From Mucilaginibacter sp. (GTDB lineage Bacteria; Bacteroidota; Bacteroidia; Sphingobacteriales; Sphingobacteriaceae), in the NCBI GenBank assembly GCA_025352225.1, contig JANXTT010000153.1, positions 6,602-70,601 on the forward strand: a stretch of DNA of 64,000 nucleotides, written 5' to 3'. Below, one piece after another: positions 55,774 to 64,000 of this stretch. The notes below the pieces were generated by a model. The model saw only the letters and a program-made list of their open reading frames with translations, searched no databases and was not told the origin of the DNA. The position numbers and the translations under genes were made by a program. How positions within the stretch are numbered: position 1 is the first letter of the stretch; every line of letters starts with the position of its first letter.

Positions 55774-58629
55774 TTAAAATTTGAACCTAAAACCCAATAA
55801 GTAACGCGCATTAAACTGGTCTTTTTGCACGGTTATATAGTCTGTACTTGCCTGAGAAGGAAACCTGTTTGTGGCTGCACCATTATAATGCGGGTTATTT
55901 TGTTTAATTATCAGCTCGTAAGGTGTATTAAGTAAATTATTGGCTTTTATATAAAAAATGTAATTCTTATGAAATGTTTTTTGAGCTGAAAGGTCTAAAT
56001 TAATAGTGGCTTTTTCCCAATTGTCCATATTGTAGTAGAAAGAGAGTGTGTTGATCCGCTCTCCGGTATAAACCATAGCTAATTGTGCGTCCAACCCATT
56101 CTTTACATCTTTATACAAAAAAGAGAAATTACCAATGTTTGCAGACTGGCCCTGTAATGGCCGCTGCTGGCTAACTTGGGTGTATTTAGGCCCGTTTTTA
56201 TCGTAGTAATCAAACTCCTTGCTTGAATTAATCAATGAATGTGTGTAAGTATAGTTACCAGATACACCAAAATTTCCAAAAAATTTTCGCAAAACAAGTT
56301 CTAATCCATAATTAGTAGCATCTCCAAAATTATTTGGTTGCAGCGTTAATTCGGCACTGCGGTTCTGTTGCACTAGTGCATATTCTATTGGGTTAGTAAT
56401 GTGCTTATAAAACGCACCTATCATATATTGATCAAGTGCTCCTTGAAACAATTCGTACCGAAGATCATAATTGTCAACAACGGTATGTTGTAAATAGGGA
56501 TTGCCCGATACTGCATAAGCCTCATTACTTGTATTATCACTAAAGGGTATCACGTCGGCATATGCAGGCCTGTATATTGATTGGAAGTAGGAGAACCGTA
56601 ACGCACCATTATTTTTAAATGAATACTTACCATTGATACTTGGTAAATAATCTGTATAGGATATTGAGCCGTATTTACCAGCAACTGTTACAGGTACCGA
56701 GGTAGTAAAATCTTGTGATGTATTTTCGGCTCTTAACCCAAGCAGAATATCGAAATCATCATTGATAAAGTATTTGATCTGACCGTATAATCCCTGTACG
56801 TTTTCTTTAAACGTGTATATACCAGCATTTTGCAGATTACCCAAAGCAAGGTTATCGGGCAGGAAGATAAATTTAGAATTTGGTATTGAAACAAATCTTT
56901 CCTGTTGGCCGCCCGGATCATTGACTATGCTAAGCGAGTAGTAATTATTATAGTTATCCCGGTTCTTATTTCTAGCCATTCCCCCAAATCCAATAACCGT
57001 TTTATGACCAGCTATTTTTGTATCCCAATTAAAATTAACATACCCCGAAATATCTTTATCTGTATTATGCTGCCAATCCGGCTTCTGACCATCCACAAAA
57101 AAAGCACCATAACTTGGTGGTGAACTTGTTGATGTATATGAAATATCCTGAGAGTAAGAAAACTCGTTAGTGTATGGTGCCTGTCGTTTAGCTTCTGATG
57201 CAACCAGCGACCAGTTAGCACTTAAAGAGCCAATCAATTTGTTTTTCCCCTGTAGCATCACGCTATATATATCCTGCAGCGTTTCTCTGGTTTGGATCTT
57301 ATTAGAAATTGTTTTGATACCTATACCGCCTTTATATATATAGGTGCCACCAGCTATCCCATCGGTTTCGTCTATTCGTACGCGATCGGCATTTAACTGT
57401 AAGTAAGTTGTAAATAAACTGATGCTATTATTTTTATTGAAATTGTAATCTATTGTAGATATCAGCCCTAACCGGCTTGATCTGGTGGAATACTGCCTGT
57501 AACGAATGTCCTGGATGTTTGCCTGTTGAATACTATCAATGCTAACCGATGGCGTTACTGTTGCCGTTTGGGCCAACGCAAAAGAATTATTACCCGAATA
57601 AGTATTTTGGTAACTCCCGGCTACTATTACACCGAGTTTTTTGTTTATGAACCGGTTCCCTAGTGTTAAATTGGCATTAGTATTTACAGGCTTATTGTTA
57701 GCGCTTGTTATAAATGTACTATATGGAAAACTGCTTAAAGAGGCATATGAAGCTGGGCCAAATATCTCTGATGGCGATAGGTGGTTTTTAGTTGATGCAT
57801 CAAAACCTATAAAATCTCTATTTGCAAATATTTGACTATAGCCTGTCCCAACGTTACCTTCTATCCTTAATCCATCGGGCGCGTGTTTCATTACCATGTT
57901 AATTACACCTCCAGTAGCATCTGCCTCCATATTAGGCGTTAACGTTTTATAAACCTCTATTCTTTCAACCAGATCTGCCGGAAAAATATCTAATGGAACA
58001 TACCTGTCGCGATCGTCAGGACTTGGTATTTTAACACCATTTATCAAAGTAGTATTATAACGCTTATCCATACCCCGGATAATGGCATACTGCCCTTCAC
58101 CCGAATTGCCTCTTTCAACTGATACTCCCGACACACGTTGCATTACATTAGCAACCGTAATATCCGGTGAGATAGCGATTGCATTTGCCGATACAATATT
58201 AACAGTGTTATCTGCAGCTTTTTCAGCTGTCTGCGCAGCCCTTTCGGTCTCTCTATTAGTGTGCCCGGTAATGTTTACCTCGGTAAGTGCTGTATTGTTA
58301 TCAACCATTGATACATTTACTGTAACAAGGCTCCCCTGCGCCACTTCAACAATTTGATCTTTACTGGTATAACCGATAAACTTCACCTGTAATTTATAAG
58401 CTCCAGTTGGAATGTTTTTGAATTGGTATGTGCCATCTAATTTTACAATGGAATTTAATTTGGTACTGCCTTGTTCAATATGTACAGTAGCACCGATTAA
58501 TGGTTCTCCTGTTTTTAAATCAAAAACTTTTCCTTTAATTGTTTGGCCGTTAGCTAGCGCATTGCAACCAATAAGCAATACACAGATTAAACAGAGTTTT
58601 TTATACATTAATGCAAAAGATGTCATCAA
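55774..58629 (-). CDS. TonB-dependent receptor with N-terminal CarboxypepD_reg-like domain
   Basis: 951 aa. N-terminal IKGKVFDLKTGEPLIGATVHI...YKLQVKFIGY. Plug domain (...YAIIRGMDKRYNTTLINGVKIPSPD...RIEVYK...). Long barrel ending ...LLGFRFKF. Confidence 0.9.
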   Translation of the reverse strand: MMTSFALMYKKLCLICVLLIGCNALANGQTIKGKVFDLKTGEPLIGATVHIEQGSTKLNSIVKLDGTYQFKNIPTGAYKLQVKFIGYTSKDQIVEVAQGSLVTVNVSMVDNNTALTEVNITGHTNRETERAAQTAEKAADNTVNIVSANAIAISPDITVANVMQRVSGVSVERGNSGEGQYAIIRGMDKRYNTTLINGVKIPSPDDRDRYVPLDIFPADLVERIEVYKTLTPNMEADATGGVINMVMKHAPDGLRIEGNVGTGYSQIFANRDFIGFDASTKNHLSPSEIFGPASYASLSSFPYSTFITSANNKPVNTNANLTLGNRFINKKLGVIVAGSYQNTYSGNNSFALAQTATVTPSVSIDSIQQANIQDIRYRQYSTRSSRLGLISTIDYNFNKNNSISLFTTYLQLNADRVRIDETDGIAGGTYIYKGGIGIKTISNKIQTRETLQDIYSVMLQGKNKLIGSLSANWSLVASEAKRQAPYTNEFSYSQDISYTSTSSPPSYGAFFVDGQKPDWQHNTDKDISGYVNFNWDTKIAGHKTVIGFGGMARNKNRDNYNNYYSLSIVNDPGGQQERFVSIPNSKFIFLPDNLALGNLQNAGIYTFKENVQGLYGQIKYFINDDFDILLGLRAENTSQDFTTSVPVTVAGKYGSISYTDYLPSINGKYSFKNNGALRFSYFQSIYRPAYADVIPFSDNTSNEAYAVSGNPYLQHTVVDNYDLRYELFQGALDQYMIGAFYKHITNPIEYALVQQNRSAELTLQPNNFGDATNYGLELVLRKFFGNFGVSGNYTYTHSLINSSKEFDYYDKNGPKYTQVSQQRPLQGQSANIGNFSFLYKDVKNGLDAQLAMVYTGERINTLSFYYNMDNWEKATINLDLSAQKTFHKNYIFYIKANNLLNTPYELIIKQNNPHYNGAATNRFPSQASTDYITVQKDQFNARYLLGFRFKF

Positions 58630-58894
58630 ATATTATTTGTTAGTAGTTGATAAAGGATTTGTGATTTGGAGCTCTGCTTACCAAATAAATGCTTAGAAAC
58701 AGCATTTAGAAATGAAGTGACATGTGCCACATTAGTATTTTTTAGGTAAAACTTGATTCATATCCCTTTAATGTGATACAAAGGAACAATAGCAGTATAA
58801 ATAAAAAATAGATTTAATATTAAGATATTATAACGGATCTGTTTTGCGAGTGTAATAAAAATGTTAATTTAACATCAACAGATAATAGGGGCCA

Positions 58895-59176
58895 TTAATC
58901 AACAGAAACTGTGAGTCCTTCTTGCTGTAATATTTTGCGGTAAATTTCCATTTCTGTGAATGAACCTTCAAGTACGGCGCATTTGCCTTCGTTATGAACT
59001 TTCCAGGCAATTTTTTCTGATTGGGATTCAGAATAATCAAGGTATTTAATCATGCAATGTATCACATGATCGAATGTGTTAAAATCGTCGTTCCATAAAA
59101 TTAACCGGTGCATTTCTTTTAGCCCGGCCAATACTTCTTCGAGTGTAAGGGTTTGTTCTTCTACCTGGGTTGACAT
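58895..59176 (-). CDS. clpS: ATP-dependent Clp protease adaptor ClpS
   Basis: LILWNDDFNTFDHVIHCMIKYL... is the ClpS core. The ATG is at 59176 and the ORF opens at TTG 59200. Confidence 0.85.
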   Translation of the reverse strand: MSTQVEEQTLTLEEVLAGLKEMHRLILWNDDFNTFDHVIHCMIKYLDYSESQSEKIAWKVHNEGKCAVLEGSFTEMEIYRKILQQEGLTVSVD

Positions 59177-59240
59177 TTGGTGCAAATTTATCAAAAACAA
59201 TCCGTAATAGAGAAGCAGGTCTCAATAAATAGTTAATGCT

Positions 59241-60113
59241 TCAACTCCCCTTAGCACCTCGTGTCATTTTTTCAATATTATCCCACATATCTTTTGTAAC
59301 CATTTCCAATGCGCTAAACTGGCCCGCCCCTTGCAGCCATTCACCACCATCAATAGTGATTATCTCTCCGTTAATATATCCCGAAAAATCAGACACTAAA
59401 AAAGCGGCCAAATTTGCCAGTTCCTGATGTTCGCCAACGCGTTTAAGTGGTACACGGTTTTTAAAATCAAATTTCTGAGCCATCTCTCCTGGCAGTAAAC
59501 GCTCCCACGCTCCCTTGGTGGGGAAAGGGCCTGGGGCAATAGCGTTGGTACGTATCCCGTGTTTGCCCCATTCTACAGCTAATGAGCGTGTTAAAGACAG
59601 CACACCGCCCTTAGCGCACGCGGATGGCACCACATACGCCGACCCGGTGAATGCATACGTTGTTATAATATTTAGTATTGTGCCCGCAATTTTGTTCGCT
59701 ATCCAATATTTACCCAAAGCCAGTGAGCAATTAACAGACCCCTTTAATACAATATCAATAACCGTGGAAAAAGCATTAGCCGATAACCGTTCTGTTGGGG
59801 ATATAAAATTACCCGCGGCATTATTCAGCAACGCGTCAACCTGTCCAAAGGCTTCAACAGATTTTTGAAGTACTGCTTCTATTTCCTCATAGTTCCGCAC
59901 ATCACATGGCAATGCCAATACCCTGCCCCCGGTTTCGGCTTGCATTTCGGTGGCTGCTTTCTGGAGCACGTCCAATTTCCGACTGGTTATTACCACGTTT
60001 GCGCCGAGTTTCAAAAAGTAGGTACTCATTGCCCTGCCCAAACCAGTGCCACCACCGGTAACTATTATTGTTTTACCCTGGAGCGCATCATCACGTAACA
60101 TACCTTTAACCAT
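59241..60113 (-). CDS. SDR-family 2,4-dienoyl-CoA reductase (DECR type)
   Basis: TGGGTGLG cofactor motif. The long block NNAAGNFISPTERLSANAFSTVIDIVLKGS ... VVPSACAKGGV ... LAVEWGKHGIRTNAIAPGP ... ELANLAAFLVSD matches my recollection of eukaryotic DECR1. Confidence 0.75.
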   Translation of the reverse strand: MVKGMLRDDALQGKTIIVTGGGTGLGRAMSTYFLKLGANVVITSRKLDVLQKAATEMQAETGGRVLALPCDVRNYEEIEAVLQKSVEAFGQVDALLNNAAGNFISPTERLSANAFSTVIDIVLKGSVNCSLALGKYWIANKIAGTILNIITTYAFTGSAYVVPSACAKGGVLSLTRSLAVEWGKHGIRTNAIAPGPFPTKGAWERLLPGEMAQKFDFKNRVPLKRVGEHQELANLAAFLVSDFSGYINGEIITIDGGEWLQGAGQFSALEMVTKDMWDNIEKMTRGAKGS

Positions 60114-60205
60114 AATACCCCCTTTTAAATCTCCCCTCTGGCGGGAGAGACTATTTGTATTTTAATGTTGATTATTCAATTAATACTTTAAACATCTTTA
60201 ACATC

Positions 60206-60997
60206 CTAAACCTTTCCTTCAGTAGAAGGTTTAGCAGAGCCCGCTTTTAAGTTTTGGATGATCATTTGAAGGGTTTGCCGTGTTTCGGGTGCCCACCATT
60301 GTTCATGCATCTGTTTTAAAGTTTCGCTTTGATCGGCGGATGCAGTCGCTATCAGCTCTTTACGCATATTTAGTTTGCTTTGGCTCCACGTTACGGAGTT
60401 AAATTGCATGTATTTTCTTATCTGCCGCTCTGCGGTGCTTATTACACTTTCAGCGTTGCATATTTCGTCAATTAAACCTGCCTGAAAGGCTTCCTCAACA
60501 GATAATAACTTGCCTTCCATTAAATATTGATACGCATTGCGCCCGCCTAACCAAAATGAGTATAAATTAAAAATGCTATCAGGCACAATTATACCTACCG
60601 GTATTTCATTCAACCCGATAATAAATTTACCGCTAGCCATTACCCGGTAATCGCAACAAAGTGCTAAAACACAACCACCTGCCGGGCTATGCCCGCTAAT
60701 AGCGGCTATCATTGGTTTTTTAAAAGCAATCAGCTTAACCTGCAGCGCTAAAAAATCATTCCAGAAAATGCGGCTTTGATGCTCGTCATAATCATAAATC
60801 TCTATCAGATCCAAACCGGCAGAAAAAAAGTTTTCCTTGCCGGTGATAATTAGGCCACCTATACTGTCATCGTTATCAATACTATGTACCAGCGTATGCA
60901 GCTCCTTAACCATCTCAGCATTAATAGGATTTGATTTACCTCTATTGAGTGCTATTATAGCTAGCCTGTCTTTTATAGTTACCTGAATGGTATTCAT
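60206..60997 (-). CDS. enoyl-CoA hydratase/isomerase (crotonase) family protein, probably delta3-delta2-enoyl-CoA isomerase
   Basis: Crotonase fold blocks FFSAGLDL, and AISGHSPAGGCVLALCCDYRVM for the oxyanion hole. 263 aa. Adjacent to the DECR-type reductase. Confidence 0.8.
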   Translation of the reverse strand: MNTIQVTIKDRLAIIALNRGKSNPINAEMVKELHTLVHSIDNDDSIGGLIITGKENFFSAGLDLIEIYDYDEHQSRIFWNDFLALQVKLIAFKKPMIAAISGHSPAGGCVLALCCDYRVMASGKFIIGLNEIPVGIIVPDSIFNLYSFWLGGRNAYQYLMEGKLLSVEEAFQAGLIDEICNAESVISTAERQIRKYMQFNSVTWSQSKLNMRKELIATASADQSETLKQMHEQWWAPETRQTLQMIIQNLKAGSAKPSTEGKV

Positions 60998-61080
60998 TTT
61001 GGCAATGGTTTATAAAGCCAAGGTCGGTTTATTATTTCGTAAATACAATGCAAGCATAGTATTTTAGATAAATAAATTAA

Positions 61081-61545
61081 CTACACAACAGCTATCGCTC
61101 TTTTTAGAGCCATGATATATCCGACATGCAGGCCCTCGTGAAATTGAAGAAAATTGATTGCCTCGTCAATGTTAACGATGCTAACACCGTACCGGGTTAC
61201 CCATGCAGTATATCCACCAAAAAGCTGGTTCTGATAATCTGCTTCTAACTTATCAAGGGTCGAAAACAATAATATCTTGATCTGTTCAATCTCTTTCTGA
61301 CTAGCTGGCGATTCTGGTTTTGAACCGGGCATATAGGTTTCAAAAAGGCCCCCCTCCAACGGAACGGCTAACCCTGCCCTGCGGTAACATACGCCTTGTT
61401 GGGCAGCCACCATATGGCCCAGGTTCCAAATGATGTTATTAACAAACCCATTGGGTATTTTATTTAATTCATCAACGCTTAGTGTATTGATTATACCTAA
61501 CAGGAATTCCCGGGTTTTACGGATATTTTCTATATAATTGTTCAT
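61081..61545 (-). CDS. DinB-family protein
   Basis: 154 aa with the DinB His pattern (IWNLGHMVAAQ ... LQFHEGLHVGYI). Confidence 0.75.
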   Translation of the reverse strand: MNNYIENIRKTREFLLGIINTLSVDELNKIPNGFVNNIIWNLGHMVAAQQGVCYRRAGLAVPLEGGLFETYMPGSKPESPASQKEIEQIKILLFSTLDKLEADYQNQLFGGYTAWVTRYGVSIVNIDEAINFLQFHEGLHVGYIMALKRAIAVV

Positions 61546-61585
61546 GCATCAAATATAAGATGCCGACTAATACAGCGTAATAATT

Positions 61586-62209
61586 TTAATGTAACTTTTG
61601 ATAAAAGTTCTTCGCAGTATTTTTAGGATCCGCGCTTAAATTAACAGCCGATGATACGGCTAAACCGTAAACACCTGTCTCCATTAAATGGTCAACATCG
61701 GTTAATTGGATACCCCCAACAGCTATTATAGGAATAGTAATAGGATAATTAGTTATTGTGCGGTAACCATTATAGCCTAATAATGCATAATCATTAGGTT
61801 TTGTATCGGTATGTGCAAATGGCCCGTATCCGCAATAATCAACCTCGCCTAAGGCTTGTAGTCTCAATAATTGATCAATATTTGTGGCCGATGCTCCCAG
61901 TGTTTTTTCGTGGGTAATAATTGCACTTATGGCTGCCAGATCCGCATCCATGTCTTCAATATGTACCCCTTGCGCGTCTACCTTATCTAGCAAATGGTAA
62001 TGTTGAGTTAATATCAATGTAGCTCCCCAATCATCACATATACGGGCTATTTCATTAATCTCATTTATTAATTCATCATCTGTTTTAGTTAGACACCTGT
62101 ATTGTATCCAATTTGCCCCGGCCTGGCAGGCAATGGTTACCTGTTCAAGGTGGCTACGGCTTGGCATGTCTTGTGTAAGATAGTGAAACCGGGAAATGTA
62201 TTTTTTCAT
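61586..62209 (-). CDS. thiE: thiamine-phosphate synthase (ThiE family)
   Basis: TIM-barrel ThiE blocks: FHYLTQD, IQYRCL, GVHI, LGASA, DYCGYGPF, IIAVGGI, GLAVSSAV. The ATG is at 62209 and the ORF opens at TTG 62236. Confidence 0.8.
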   Translation of the reverse strand: MKKYISRFHYLTQDMPSRSHLEQVTIACQAGANWIQYRCLTKTDDELINEINEIARICDDWGATLILTQHYHLLDKVDAQGVHIEDMDADLAAISAIITHEKTLGASATNIDQLLRLQALGEVDYCGYGPFAHTDTKPNDYALLGYNGYRTITNYPITIPIIAVGGIQLTDVDHLMETGVYGLAVSSAVNLSADPKNTAKNFYQKLH

Positions 62210-62242
62210 ATGGCTTATCTGTAAGTCAAAAATCAAGTAAAG

Positions 62243-62863
62243 TTAGGCCTTAGCTGCTTGCTGTTGCTTATTGATTTTTATCCAATCAATAAATCCCCAT
62301 ATACCAATAAAAAACAAAAATATTGTAAGCAGACCCAACAATGGCCGTTGTTTGTAAAAAAGCAACGGAATAGCAAAAATATTAGAGATATTGAGCAATA
62401 CCCAGTTCTCTATCTTTCGGCGGGCCAGCAGCCACATACCTGCCCATGCCGTTGACGATACCCAGGCATCCCATGCAGGCACATTTGATGATGTATAAGC
62501 TTTAAGTATATAATATAAAAACACACCTCCAAAAACAACTATCGATGCCGTGATCCACCATTCGCTGGGCGTGGAGTATGTTATTTCAACGGCCGGTTCA
62601 TTGGTTTTTTTTATCCAATACACCCAGCCATACACACTCATAATAACATAATATACATTAAGTAAACTTTCTGCATACAGTTGCACCTCAAACAGTAATA
62701 TTATAGATAATAGTGTGCTAATGATGCCTGCCGGATAGAGCCAAACATTGTTGATACGCGCTAACAGCACCTCAGCTATACCTGTAGCAACTGCCATCCA
62801 TTCTAATAAAGTAGTTTGTTTGATTTGCTCGATAAATAAAACTAGCCACTGGTGGATATCCAT
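62243..62863 (-). CDS. pnuC: PnuC-family transporter (nicotinamide riboside / thiamine-type PnuT)
   Basis: 206 aa with 7 TM helices and Trp-rich motifs typical of PnuC (YGWVYW, AWDAWVSSTAWAGMWLLARRKIENW). It starts 1 nt after the receptor stop. Confidence 0.85.
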   Translation of the reverse strand: MDIHQWLVLFIEQIKQTTLLEWMAVATGIAEVLLARINNVWLYPAGIISTLLSIILLFEVQLYAESLLNVYYVIMSVYGWVYWIKKTNEPAVEITYSTPSEWWITASIVVFGGVFLYYILKAYTSSNVPAWDAWVSSTAWAGMWLLARRKIENWVLLNISNIFAIPLLFYKQRPLLGLLTIFLFFIGIWGFIDWIKINKQQQAAKA

Positions 62864-62864
62864 A

Positions 62865-64000
62865 TTAAAATATTAAACTCAAACCAGCAAGAAAGTTGAT
62901 AGGGGCTTGTGGAGAATAGTAATTATAGTTGGATACATGTGTAGAAGCCGGGTCAATTTCAGGATAGGTTGCACCGCCAGATTCGTATTTACGGCTTAAT
63001 ATGTTGTTTATCAACAAGGAAATACCTATATGTTTTACGGCTTTTGTATTGAAACTATACCGTAACCGAACATCGTTTACAAAATACGGCATTATTGATC
63101 GACTCTCAGTTGAGGTGTTATCCAGATACTGGCGACTAACATATTTACTAATCAATGCAATTTCTGCTCCTTTTAAAGGCGTGTAAGCAAATTCGCTTGA
63201 AATTATTAACGAGGGCGAAAATGCTATATCTGCATTACTATATTTAATAGAATCTGTTTTTGTAATGTTAATATGGCCGGCATCATATTGGTTTAAATAT
63301 TGGTGGAAATTTTTAACTTTATTGGCGCTTACTGCCGCTGTAGCCGCCCAAATTAGTTGTTTATTAAGTTTAACCCGGCCATCAAACTCCATACCTGCCC
63401 TATAACTATCTTTAACATTATTCCGTATCTGGGCTCCAACATCATTTAATTGTCCGGTTAATATCAACTGATCTTTATAAAGCATATAAAACGCATTTAC
63501 CCCGGCCGTAAATGCCGACTCATTTGTTCTGTAACCTAATTCAAAATCGGTTAACTGTTCGGCTTTAGGCCGGCTTTGAGGGGTTGAGTTAATAAATTCG
63601 TCCCGGTTTGGTTCATGGTGAGCAATTGCGATACTTGCATAAACATTACTATTGGGATTTATTTGATATGTAATACCGGCCTTAGGATTAAAGAAACTAT
63701 AATTAATGGCTTGTTGTACATTAATCAAATTTTCATTGAAGCCATAAAATGAATAATCAATGTGGCGGTATTGCAGGTCTGCAAATAATGTAATATCCCC
63801 TAAAGCATAATCGGCTTTGGCGAATATGTTAAAATCTTTCTTTTTTGCATTATCCCGCGAATATTCAAAATCAGGAGGTATATTGGTTCCCAACTGAGTC
63901 CATTCAATTTTACCGAAATGAGCACCCTTGTATTCATTATATGCCCCTCCAAGGGTGAAATTTAATGCCTTTTGCGATTTATAATTTAACGCGTAAGTAA
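62865..64000 (-). CDS. TonB-dependent receptor, C-terminal barrel part (N-terminus beyond the right window edge)
   Basis: The ORF-track M at 63893 is an internal TTG. I checked that the frame stays open to base 64000 (...TYALNYKSQKALNFTLGGAYNEYKGAHFGKIEWTQLGTN...). Barrel-type alternating pattern with terminal ...LAGLSLIF. Confidence 0.85.
   Translation of the reverse strand, partial: TYALNYKSQKALNFTLGGAYNEYKGAHFGKIEWTQLGTNIPPDFEYSRDNAKKKDFNIFAKADYALGDITLFADLQYRHIDYSFYGFNENLINVQQAINYSFFNPKAGITYQINPNSNVYASIAIAHHEPNRDEFINSTPQSRPKAEQLTDFELGYRTNESAFTAGVNAFYMLYKDQLILTGQLNDVGAQIRNNVKDSYRAGMEFDGRVKLNKQLIWAATAAVSANKVKNFHQYLNQYDAGHINITKTDSIKYSNADIAFSPSLIISSEFAYTPLKGAEIALISKYVSRQYLDNTSTESRSIMPYFVNDVRLRYSFNTKAVKHIGISLLINNILSRKYESGGATYPEIDPASTHVSNYNYYSPQAPINFLAGLSLIF

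Noticed and set aside
58630-58894. 265-nt untranslated region upstream of the TonB-dependent receptor, considered as a riboswitch (cobalamin or TPP) or an sRNA.
   Set aside because: Reading the minus strand, I found no THI-box (CTGAGA...ACCTGA) or B12-box-like core. There are only short AT-rich hairpins (AAATGCT-n7-AGCATTT and ATGTTAA-T-TTAACAT). It is most simply the clpS 3-prime end plus the receptor promoter.

Overview
This is a 64-kb chromosomal segment of moderate-to-low G+C. I did not compute G+C.

Gene content points to a gliding member of the Bacteroidota, probably Sphingobacteriia (Pedobacter/Mucilaginibacter-like). This is an inference from GldD, a SprE/PorW-like TPR lipoprotein, TonB-dependent receptors with CarboxypepD_reg-type N-termini, an atp operon lacking atpDC, and Bacteroidota-typical conserved hypotheticals.

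I can support 63 protein-coding features, 55 of them on the minus strand. There are also 5 rho-independent terminators and 2 large intercistronic hairpins. I found no rRNA, tRNA, CRISPR array, transposase, integrase or phage genes, and no obvious defence island.

Most of the window is housekeeping: F1Fo ATP synthase, PBP1A, PurQ, CoaX, AroE, RfbA, Upp, LptC/PpiD, LolE and peptidases.

The best candidate for an undescribed system is at 24.2-28.7 kb.
- It is a translationally coupled operon encoding a secreted YceI protein, a type III polyketide synthase, an FAD oxidoreductase and a SAM methyltransferase. This has the same logic as the Streptomyces srsABC phenolic-lipid genes.
- A UbiA-family aromatic prenyltransferase is transcribed divergently from it.
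- An orphan intramembrane-type histidine kinase and a PhoU-like DUF47 protein follow it closely.
- I infer a prenylated or quinone-like phenolic membrane lipid pathway.

Secondary points of interest:
- a TonB-dependent receptor / PnuC-like / ThiE operon, read as thiamine or precursor salvage
- a non-SusD beta-helix lipoprotein paired with a TonB-dependent receptor next to a two-component system
- an orphan phosphosulfolactate synthase (ComA)
- an intact ORF that is only the C-terminal part of GDP-mannose 4,6-dehydratase
- two LpxH-family paralogues
- two long hairpins inside the atp operon

All functional calls come from my own recognition of motifs in the translated ORFs. No database search was run.
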